From a bacterium (GTDB lineage Bacteria; Zhuqueibacterota; QNDG01; JAFGCO01), in NCBI GenBank assembly GCA_016930535.1, contig JAFGGN010000041.1, positions 88,708 through 152,707 of the forward strand: 64,000 nt of DNA. The letters run 5' to 3'. How positions within the stretch are numbered: the stretch's first letter is position 1; each line of letters starts with the position of its first letter. Below, one piece after another: positions 39,647 through 48,100 of this stretch. The translations under genes were made by a program, and so were the position numbers. The notes under the pieces are model-generated. The model saw only the letters and a program-made list of their open reading frames with translations, searched no databases and was not told the origin of the DNA.

Positions 39647-39681
39647 TAAGCAGATCGTTTAACATTCCCTCCCCCTAAAAA

Positions 39682-39733
39682 GATAGTCTCCTTCCTTCGA
39701 GATACCGGGTTGGAGACTATCTTTATTTTTTTT
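39682..39733 (+). terminator. Rho-independent terminator candidate
   Basis: A 10-bp stem (GATAGTCTCC / GGAGACTATC) is followed by TTTATTTTTTT, 35 nt after the stop of 38777..39646. Confidence 0.5.
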
Positions 39734-40005
39734 ACCTCCATGCCCGGATTGACACTCCCCGCGGCAAGCCGCAGGGAATCTTCAGCTGTAAAGTAAAAAT
39801 AATTTTTATCCGCTGTCCGGATTCATCCAGGCCCCCGGCCGCGAACGGCCCCTTTTTCATTGCTTTTTTTTGTTTTTTTTTGTACCATGCACACATTCTG
39901 TACAAAACCCCCCTGCTCATGGTAGTAAAAACATTTGATAAAAATGGCCGTATACAAACCATCCGAAAGCCATCGAATCAATAACGGATACGGAAAAAGG
40001 AATGC

Positions 40006-40623
40006 ATGATAAAAATAAATAACACGATCGGAAAAAAACTGCCCGTCGCGCATCATCTGCCGGTCCGATTTGTATTGTGCCTGATTCTGTTCAGCGCCAT
40101 TCCGGCCCAGCCGAGAAATCATATGGCCGCCGGGGCCTGTATGACCCTGATCCGGACGACCGGGGACGATCGTTTCACGATCTATGCCCCGTCCATGAAT
40201 TACACGGGCGATTTCCGGATCCGGGATTACCGGTTCGTGTTCAGCAGCTCGCTCCTGATGCCGTTCTGGTCCGGGCAGGACCATCATCACTATTTCAATC
40301 CCGACTACTACAGCAGCTGCCTGGGGGTCGATCTGTTTATCGGATTTGCACGCGATTACCCCGTTGTGGACCGGTTCGGAATTTCGCCGGCACTCGGTTT
40401 TCATCTGAACGGCATCCGGCTTCGCGGCAAATCCACATATCTGGATTTTTACAGCCTGACCTATGGGCTGGGCGGCACTCTTTTCACACGCTATCGCGGC
40501 AGCAGAAACCTGCTGAATTTTGGTTATGTGTCGGCAAACCTGGATATGATGGATCTGCTTTATATCAACAACCGGTTGAGGCGGGGGATAACGTTCAAGG
40601 CCGGAATCGGGCATTCATTTTAA
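40006..40623 (+). CDS. Hypothetical small outer-membrane beta-barrel protein
   Basis: A signal peptide is present. The protein ends in '...GIGHSF', a C-terminal Phe typical of outer-membrane proteins. It is preferred over the overlapping Arg/Pro-rich frame of ORF 40077. Confidence 0.5.
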   Translation: MIKINNTIGKKLPVAHHLPVRFVLCLILFSAIPAQPRNHMAAGACMTLIRTTGDDRFTIYAPSMNYTGDFRIRDYRFVFSSSLLMPFWSGQDHHHYFNPDYYSSCLGVDLFIGFARDYPVVDRFGISPALGFHLNGIRLRGKSTYLDFYSLTYGLGGTLFTRYRGSRNLLNFGYVSANLDMMDLLYINNRLRRGITFKAGIGHSF

Positions 40624-40646
40624 AAAAGCTGTTTCCGGAGAATGGT

Positions 40647-41660
40647 ATGAAAAAAGCCTGGCTGCCATTTATGCTCTGCAACCTGTCATTCGTGATCTCC
40701 TGCAACATGAACGGATATCATGACCTGGCCGAACCCGTCGACCGGTTCAGCCAGCTGGGCCCCGGATCCGCCACGTTCATGAGAACGTTCCCCTCGGAGA
40801 CGGGAACAGATGTGGAATTACTGACCCTGAGTGATCCGGACAGGACTCTGGGCACCTGCGCTTCGCTGGTGGTTCGCACGGATCCGCAGGCCGTGGACAC
40901 GAAACTGCGGCTGGGTACATATCAGATCCTCCAGGACATGATCCGGATCAATTATACGATCGAATACAGAAATTCCTACATGAAAAACAGCAAGCCTTCC
41001 GGTGTCCCCGGGGCTGTTCATGCGGATATCGTCTGCAACGCATGTGTCACAGGTGCCTGGGATCATGATCCGGCTGCCGGCACGATAACCATCGGGAACC
41101 GCCTGTTCACGCGCTTCGACCGCGTTCTGGAATCCGTGATTGATCATCCGTTACCTGACCGCCCCGACCGTTTCCTGAAGATGTTCCTTCTCTGCACCAT
41201 GTCCGCGCATGCACGCATCGACGGCTTCAACGGCATCGGAATGCTTCAATATATCGATAAAACCACCGTGTTCAACGGCCTTCTGTTCGGGTCACTGGAG
41301 TTCAGTGCCGAGGGTTTCAGAAACATCAGCACACGGTTCAGGTACAGGAACCAGTGCGATATCTCAGGAATCATTCTTGATGGAGAATTCAGAAATCATT
41401 CGGACATGAGCGGGGACGGTTATATGGACGGTTTTCTGGACTTTACGGTTCACGGCCCTTCCAGATTATGGGAGGGACGGGTGACTTATACGTCTCTCGA
41501 AATCACCAGCACATTGCCCAGCGGGGGTGTATATGGTGTGATTCTGGACGGCGATTCCAGCACCGTCAGTTATGATTACGGCAATCCCGGCAATTTCGAC
41601 TTTTCGGATATCCTGGAGCCGGACGGCGAAATGCTGTCCGTGCTTGCTGTGCAGCGCTGA
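40647..41660 (+). CDS. Hypothetical lipoprotein
   Basis: The in-frame ATG at 40647 gives a 'MKKAWLPFMLCNLSFVISC' lipobox. The upstream part of ORF 40077 is an out-of-frame artefact of the previous gene. Confidence 0.5.
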   Translation: MKKAWLPFMLCNLSFVISCNMNGYHDLAEPVDRFSQLGPGSATFMRTFPSETGTDVELLTLSDPDRTLGTCASLVVRTDPQAVDTKLRLGTYQILQDMIRINYTIEYRNSYMKNSKPSGVPGAVHADIVCNACVTGAWDHDPAAGTITIGNRLFTRFDRVLESVIDHPLPDRPDRFLKMFLLCTMSAHARIDGFNGIGMLQYIDKTTVFNGLLFGSLEFSAEGFRNISTRFRYRNQCDISGIILDGEFRNHSDMSGDGYMDGFLDFTVHGPSRLWEGRVTYTSLEITSTLPSGGVYGVILDGDSSTVSYDYGNPGNFDFSDILEPDGEMLSVLAVQR

Positions 41661-41692
41661 GCATTATTCGTCCTATCAGCCGTATACCGGAG

Positions 41693-42185
41693 TTGAAACG
41701 GAGAAACGGAGAAGATGAGAAACGGGGATGTTTAAAACAGACCGCGGACGGCTAGACCGCTGACCGCTTAAAAACGGTATAAGAGTATATGGGTATATGA
41801 GTATATGAGTGTATGGGGCCCCTTTACCCTTCCCCGGTGGGTGGCCGCGGACGGCGGACCGCGGACCGCGCGCCGTAACCGGGCACCGTTTCCGGCGTCG
41901 GAGAAACGGTGAGACGGAGAACCGGGGATAAGAAACACGGCTCTTTTCTCCGTTTCTTATTTTCTCCGTTGCTCCGTTTCACTCTCCGAACCTACGACCC
42001 AATGACCCTATGACCCAATGGACCATTAAATCGCTGCGTCTGCAGTCTTCTCTTCTCTCCGTTTCTCATTTTCTCCGTTGCTCCGTTTCACTCTCCGAAC
42101 CTACGACCCAATGACCCTATGACCCAATGGACCCTACGACGCAATGGACCCAAAGACCCTGAAAATCTCCGCTCCCTGCCGGATA
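41693..42185 (+). repeat. Copy R3 of the composite interspersed repeat (long form, with two tandem core units)
   Basis: It contains GAAACGGAGAAACGGAGAA ..., a (GTATATGAG)n run, ... GCGCGCCGTAACCGGGCACCGTTTCCGGCGTCGGAGAAACGGTGAGACGG ..., and then the unit TCTCCGTTTCTYATTTTCTCCGTTGCTCCGTTTCACTCTCCGAACCTACGACCCAATGACCCTATGACCCAATGGACC twice. Confidence 0.8.
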
Positions 42186-42657
42186 AAATGGTCCTGAAGC
42201 ATTTCCTGATCGTTTTGCTCCGGTGCTTCCGGCCGACACTCATGATATAAGCGGGGCAGCCGGCAGAACCGCCATCCTGATCAAAAACCGCATCCAGATA
42301 GCACCGGGCGGCATCTTCGAGCGTCTGGCTGTCAGAATCCGCCGTGCTGATCCGGGTCCTGATATTGGTGCGGATATGGTCCGCTGCATGCACGATTCCG
42401 CTCACTTCTTCGAAAACCGCCTTCAGCCTGTCACAACCCTGCCCCCATACATACAGGCAGGCCATCCCGGTCTTGACCGTATGATAGGCAAATGTGTAAA
42501 GTGCGTCATCCCGGAGCAGGGCGGCATCCATTGCGAGAAAAAGATGGTAGAACGGACCGCCAAACACCTGATCCAGCGGCAGGCTGGCCTCATGCTTGTA
42601 GAATACGCGATGCAGGCCGTCCTTTTTATTACTGATTTTTTTGAATTTTGCAGACAT
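42088..42657 (-). CDS. Hypothetical protein whose 3' end runs into repeat R3
   Basis: The start is taken at 'MSAKFKKISNKK...', upstream of the repeat-encoded part of ORF 42088..42885. I recognise no family. The last 30 or so codons are repeat sequence. Confidence 0.35.
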   Translation of the reverse strand: MSAKFKKISNKKDGLHRVFYKHEASLPLDQVFGGPFYHLFLAMDAALLRDDALYTFAYHTVKTGMACLYVWGQGCDRLKAVFEEVSGIVHAADHIRTNIRTRISTADSDSQTLEDAARCYLDAVFDQDGGSAGCPAYIMSVGRKHRSKTIRKCFRTILSGRERRFSGSLGPLRRRVHWVIGSLGRRFGE

Positions 42658-42781
42658 ACGGACCCCCCTGATGACCGGATTCCGGCACCAAACGGCGGTT
42701 TTACGCCCTTTCCAGGCTGCATTCCTTGTATGTTTCCGTAGAACCGGTATAACTGCAAAATGTGTTCCGTTTTGCAGGAAA

Positions 42782-43089
42782 AATGGTCGTTGGGTCGTTG
42801 GGTCATTGGGTCTTAGGGTCGTTGAGTCATCAGGGCGTAGTGTGAAACGGAGATACGGAGATGGGGAGAAACGGAGAATTAGCAACGTTGTATTTTTCTC
42901 CGTCTCTCAATTTCTCCGAGGCTCCGCTTCACATTCTGACTCTGCGATACAGTTGACCCAACGACGCTAAAGACCCGGCAGAACCAAGGATCTTTTTGTA
43001 TTCTCCGTCTCACTTTCCGACCCAACGACTCTATTGACCTGCAGACCCAACGACCCAAAGACCCAATGACCCAATGACCCGATGGACCC
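42782..43089. repeat. Copy R4 of the composite interspersed repeat (8-mer array inverted at the left edge, then direct modules)
   Basis: It begins TGGTCGTTGGGTCGTTGGGTCATTGGGTCTTAGGGTC, the reverse complement of the GACCCAA array. It continues GTGAAACGGAGATACGGAGATGGGGAGAAACGGAGAA ... TTCTCCGTCTC ... CGACCCAACGACCCAAAGACCCAATGACCCAATGACCCGATGGACCC. Confidence 0.8.
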
Positions 43090-44130
43090 TTAATTAATCT
43101 TGATTTCCTCAAGCTCATACTCCCTTTCCCCTACGCCCAGGGACTCCGCATAAGCCAGAATGTGCCGTCCGCGTCCGAACACCCTGCGGCCGGCCCTTTT
43201 ATCGAGCAGATCGAGGGAGGCCCGGTCCAGGGCTACGGGATCCGCGGATGCCAGGATACCGAGATCCGGAACAATCGGCTTCATGCGCTGCCCGACGCAG
43301 TCGCACTGCCGCGTGATATTGAAGGCGAATGTCACGTACACATTGCGTTTTCCCTGCTGCGCCGCCAGTGCATATTCGGCGATCCGTTCCGAAAATCCTT
43401 TGTCCAGGGAACGGAGCCAGTTGATCATCACCGCATTCGAGGGGCATACGGCCATGCAGCCCAGGCAGCCCACACACTTATTCCGGTCGATTCTGGACCA
43501 GCGGCCGATATGAATGGCGTCTTCCGCGCACTTTTTCAGACAGGCGCCGCATTGTTTGCACTGCAACGGATTGATAAACGGTTTGACTCCCATATGCTGA
43601 TCCAGTTTGCCGCGTCTGGCCGCGCAGCCCATGCCCAGCTGTTTAAGCGCGCCTCCGAATCCGGCCATCAAATGCCCCTTGAAATGACTGCACACGACAA
43701 TCTGTTCCTGTTCCGCGATGAGCCGGCCCACATGGCATGTTTTGAAATACCTGCCGTTGATATCGATATCCGCCATGTCCTCCCCCGCTTCACCATCCGC
43801 AATCCAGACAGGAACCCGGGTAAAACCGTGTCTGTGCGCCAGTTCCGTGTGCGCTTTTCGCGTTGTCCGGTGTCCGCCGTACAGTACATTGCTTTCGATA
43901 AACGCGGTCTCCGCATGCTGTGCCTCCAGCCAGTCGATAATACCGTCATAATAGGATGCCGGGATAAAGGTGTGGTTTCCGTGCTCCCCGAAATGCACTT
44001 TCAAGGGGACCCTTGATGCCGGTGTCCACTGCTTGTACCGGAAAACCCTATCGACGAGCAGGCGGGCCGCATTCTGCAAAGTGTTTAAATCATTCTGATG
44101 GGGCATGGCATAAAAAAATACAGGTTCCAT
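43090..44130 (-). CDS. DUF362 domain protein with a 2x[4Fe-4S] ferredoxin insert
   Basis: Two motifs are present: 'CKQCGACLKKC' and 'CVGCLGCMAVCP' (both CxxCxxCxxxCP-type). The DUF362-like flanks read 'VHFGEHGNHTFIP...GHLMAGFGGALKQLGMG'. Confidence 0.6.
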   Translation of the reverse strand: MEPVFFYAMPHQNDLNTLQNAARLLVDRVFRYKQWTPASRVPLKVHFGEHGNHTFIPASYYDGIIDWLEAQHAETAFIESNVLYGGHRTTRKAHTELAHRHGFTRVPVWIADGEAGEDMADIDINGRYFKTCHVGRLIAEQEQIVVCSHFKGHLMAGFGGALKQLGMGCAARRGKLDQHMGVKPFINPLQCKQCGACLKKCAEDAIHIGRWSRIDRNKCVGCLGCMAVCPSNAVMINWLRSLDKGFSERIAEYALAAQQGKRNVYVTFAFNITRQCDCVGQRMKPIVPDLGILASADPVALDRASLDLLDKRAGRRVFGRGRHILAYAESLGVGEREYELEEIKIN

Positions 44131-44149
44131 GAAATTTCCTTTCTTACGA

Positions 44150-44165
44150 TTGACTGATCAGTCGA
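44150..44165. promoter_or_regulatory. Perfect 12-bp palindrome GACTGATCAGTC (candidate TetR operator)
   Basis: It lies about 20 bp upstream of the DUF362 start codon and 20 bp after the tetR stop. Confidence 0.4.
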
Positions 44166-44183
44166 TGCGTCGATAAATTTTTT

Positions 44184-44756
44184 TTATTTTTTCCGTATCA
44201 TATCCCAGATGGCCTCGAAAATGCGCCGCTTTACATCCGGATCATGGATATGATCCGGATGCTCGAAAAAATAACTCTGGGTGCTGCTCAGGCTGCTCAT
44301 CATGAACTCCATCAGCAGATCCGTGGGTAGATCCTTGAGCATGCCCTGCTTTTTTCCCTGTTCGATCACGTCGAAGATGAAGGCAAAATGCTGCATGCCC
44401 TGTTCCCTGGTCGCCTGTGAAATATTGGGCGAGGCACCGAACAGGCGGAAGAACTGAATTTCCCTGGGTTTTTCCTGAATCCAGCGAACGCTGCTCGTCC
44501 AGAGGCACCCGAACCTTTCTTCTGTATTCCCCGCCCGATCCAGCCCTGCGGTCAGACGCGAACGCATACGGATCTTGATTTCGAGGTACAGTGCATTGAT
44601 CAGATCCTCTTTGGTGGCGAAATAGTGAAACAGCGTGCCCACTGCCACATCCGCTTTTTTAGCGATGGCGGCCGTGGATGTCCCGTGAAATCCGAGCTCC
44701 GTGAACAGGTCCAGTGCGGCTTCCAGTATATGCGTTCTCTTGTCCGAAGTCTGCAT
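44184..44756 (-). CDS. TetR/AcrR-family transcriptional regulator
   Basis: The HTH reads 'ILEAALDLFTELGFHGTSTAAIAKKADVAVGTLFHYFATKEDL'. Confidence 0.85.
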   Translation of the reverse strand: MQTSDKRTHILEAALDLFTELGFHGTSTAAIAKKADVAVGTLFHYFATKEDLINALYLEIKIRMRSRLTAGLDRAGNTEERFGCLWTSSVRWIQEKPREIQFFRLFGASPNISQATREQGMQHFAFIFDVIEQGKKQGMLKDLPTDLLMEFMMSSLSSTQSYFFEHPDHIHDPDVKRRIFEAIWDMIRKK

Positions 44757-44765
44757 TGTTATATC

Positions 44766-44785
44766 TCGACTGACTATTCAGTCGG
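44766..44785. promoter_or_regulatory. Inverted repeat CGACTGA-ctat-TCAGTCG (candidate TetR autoregulatory operator)
   Basis: It lies 10 bp upstream of the tetR start. It has the same GACTGA/TCAGTC half-sites as 44150..44165 but with a 4-bp spacer. Confidence 0.4.
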
Positions 44786-44831
44786 CAATTTCGTTTATTA
44801 TTCTGAAAAAGTCAAGCAAATTATGAAATGA

Positions 44832-44876
44832 CCGGCATTTCGTGTGTGAACGGACACGAAATGCCGATTTTTTTTG
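44832..44876 (+). terminator. Strong intrinsic terminator-like hairpin with no upstream plus-strand gene
   Basis: A perfect 13-bp stem (CGGCATTTCGTGT / ACACGAAATGCCG) with an 8-nt loop is followed by A + T8. It lies between divergent tetR and the GEVED gene, 290 nt before the GEVED ATG. Confidence 0.55.
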
Positions 44877-45166
44877 AGAAAAATTCCACGGAATCCGGCT
44901 CTTTATTCAATATTTGACAAAATACTTCTAATATATTAATATCGGGATACGACATACCCATGCAGGGGCAGAATGCATTGTCGGCAAAAAAAGCCGCGAC
45001 CGGGATTTTCTCATGTATCATCCGGACGGCCTGGCTTTCGTCGATTTGTTCTTGACAATATTCCGGGAAATGTGCAGATTCAAATATTCAAACCTGCATT
45101 CCCCTTTCATACGCCTGCATCCCTGCTGCCACTGAATAAACAGATCAAACCGAAGGAGGGAGTATT

Positions 45167-48100
45167 ATGAAGCGTTTTTCCCTGTCTGAAAAATCACCAC
45201 TGTGTCTGGGATGTCTGCTGGTCATACTCTGCCTTGCACCGCAGATATTCGCCCAGTGCCAGGCCGATTTTTACGCCATACCCAAGGAGGGCACGGCTCC
45301 TTTGCTGGTCACATTTTATGACAATTCAACCGGAGCCTATGCCTGGAGCTGGAGCTTTCCCGGAGGCAGCCCCCCGACCGGTTCGGGTAACGGCCCGATC
45401 ACCGTGACCTATGCCCAGCCGGGCACCTACGATGTCACGCTGAAAATCGCCTGTCAGAACGGCAACGATACACGCACACGGACCGGATACATCGAAGTGA
45501 ACGAACTGGTGATCCGGTACGATTACGGGGATGCGCCCGAGGACGTGATCGCATATCCGGACCTGGGCGTCATCGGCCGTTTTCCGACCTGTCTGGTGGG
45601 ATCCGCGGGATTCATCCGGCATACCGAAGAGGGCCGTACGTTTCTGGGGCATCATGCGGATTACGAGCGCGAGGGGAACGGCGATTTCTGCCCCAGTTTC
45701 ATACCCGATATGTACGACATGGACGAACAATGCGGCGAAGGCGAATCCTGCCTCTGGAAACCCGACGTTTTCACCATCGTGGACGGCAGTGTCGTTCCGC
45801 TATGCTCGGATATGTCCGGAGACCACATGGGCTATCCGTGTTCCCTCGCCCGCTGGGGGGACAACATCAACATCTGGTTCGACACCTGGGAGATAGACGG
45901 CGCCTACGTCAATGTGATTATCGACTGGAACCAGGACGGCCAGTGGGGCGGAGCCAGCAGCTGCGACAATGTCAGTATCCCGGAGCATATCCTGCAGAAT
46001 TTCCATGTGCCGGGTGCAATGAACGGGCACCTTTCCGTGCTCGATCCGCCTGCGTTCCGTATCGGGCCCAATTCAGGATACGTCTGGGCACGGTTTACCA
46101 TCACGAACGAGCCCATTCCCCTGCCCTGGGACGGCGGGGGCGGTACGTTCCACGCAGGCGAGACCGAGGATCATCTGCTGAAAGTCGGCGACCTGTCCGA
46201 ACTGTTCGATTACGGTGATGCCCCGGCTTCTTATTCGACGCTGGCCTCCGACAACGGCGCATACCACATCATCATGGACGGCGTTTATCTCGGCCATGCC
46301 GTGTCGGGTGACGATGACGGAAAACCATCGGATAAAGCCGACGGAGACGACGATGACGGCGTCACTTTTCCCGAACCTGTCGTGGCAGGAAAACCGACGC
46401 CGGTCCACGTGCTGGCTTCCGTGAACGGCAAACTGAAAATCTGGTTTGACTGGAACCATGACGGCGACTTTGACGATGAGGGCGAGGAAGTATTCGACGA
46501 TGAAGTACCGGAAGGAGAAAACGACCTGGACATCGATGTACCCGAATATGCCAGAGAGGGCGAAACATATGCACGGTTCCGTTTTTCGGGGGGATCGATT
46601 CTCACACCGCACGGCCCGGTGATGGGTGGTGAAATCGAGGACTACGTGGTGGTCGTGGAACTGGAATTCGAATACGAATTCGGGGACGCACCCGAAGGGA
46701 AAACCGCGTACCTGGCCGAATTCGTCGAAATGTCCGATACGGACGTGGAAGGCAGTTTCATGACTTGCGGCGATTACGGACGCGTCCGCCACGGCAACCG
46801 CGGCGAGAGGTATTTCGGGAATTCCGTGGATTTTGAAACCGAAGGCAATGCCGGCTGCTGCTCCTGCGGCTACGATCAGGATGAAACGATCTGGGACGAC
46901 GATGCCGGATTGACCGACGGGCATGTGTATACGATCGTGGGCGATCCGGGCGCCGAGCATGTCGAATACGTCGGCGGATCCGGACTGCAGATGGTTTCCT
47001 GCGAAATCGGACGGTGGGGACGACATCTGGATATCATGTATCATTGCACGGCCGAGGAAGGGGCCTATATCAATGTACTCGTGGACTGGAACCAGAGCGG
47101 CGGCTGGAACAATGGCGGCGCCATCTATCACTGCATGGATCCGGGAGCGCCGCATATACAGGAACATATCGTCCAGGACCTGTACGTGCCCCAGGGATGG
47201 GGTTTTCTGAGCGATGCCGGCGCACCTGATTTCCGCATGGGCGGTCCGGGCGGATATGTCTGGGCACGGTTCACCATTTCGGACACGCCGGTCGGAACGG
47301 ATGAGTGGAACGGCCACGGCGATTTTGCGGACGGTGAGACCGAGGATTACCTGCTCCACGTGGCACGTGCGGAATATCGGGATTACGGGGACGCGCCGAG
47401 CGGCGACATCGCCTATCCCTCCTCCGGCGTGGTCGGCAATTTCCCGACCTGTCCGGTCTCGGGCAGCCATACCATCCGTCATGGCAGCGACGATCATGAG
47501 TTCGCCATCTGGTTCGGGGGCGGCGGGGCTCCTCCAACCACCGAACCCAGCGGAAACCGGGGCATGTGCCGCGGGGCATACAACCTGGATGACGATAACG
47601 GGCTGCTGTACACGGTTTCCTATAATATCGTGCGCGAAGACGGCCATCTCCGGGTGGTGCCGCTCTACGAGGGTCCCGAAGGGGGGTGCTCCGGCTCTGA
47701 GTGGAGCAACACCATCGGCACGACGACCCAGATGGCGGACTGGTGCGGATGCAATTTTGATCTGGCCTGGAGCAACCAGTACTGGGATGACTGGGCCTAT
47801 GTCAACGTGATTATCGACTGGGATCAGGACGGCGAATGGGGCGGCAGCTCCTTTATCGACATCCATGCATCGGCGCCGGAACATGTTCTTCAGAATTACC
47901 GCATTCCTCCGGCACGGGGCGGAAGCGGTCTGGGCGCCCATCCCTATGAAAGGCCTCCGGGATACCGTATCGGTCCGAACGCAGGTTACGTGTGGGCGCG
48001 CTTCACGATAACGCCCGAGCCGGTTCCGCTGCCCTGGGACGGCAGCGGGGATTTCGAGGACGGAGAGACGGAAGATTACCTGCTCAAAGTCGCTCCCGGC

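Noticed and set aside
39823-40614. 263-aa minus-strand ORF and the N-terminal 190 codons of plus ORF 40077..41660
   Set aside because: They overlap the 205-aa OMP-like gene, which has a signal peptide and a C-terminal Phe. They are Arg/Pro-rich. The true downstream gene starts at the in-frame ATG 40647 with a lipobox.
42879-43118. Small ORFs encoding 'GHWVIGSLGRRVG' and 'LRPNDPTTQRP'-type peptides at 25757-26434, 29091-29366, 42641-43118, 58131-58343 and 60463-61020
   Set aside because: They are translations of the interspersed repeat modules (GACCCAA arrays and CCGTTTC blocks). The same peptides recur wherever the repeat occurs. They are not genes.
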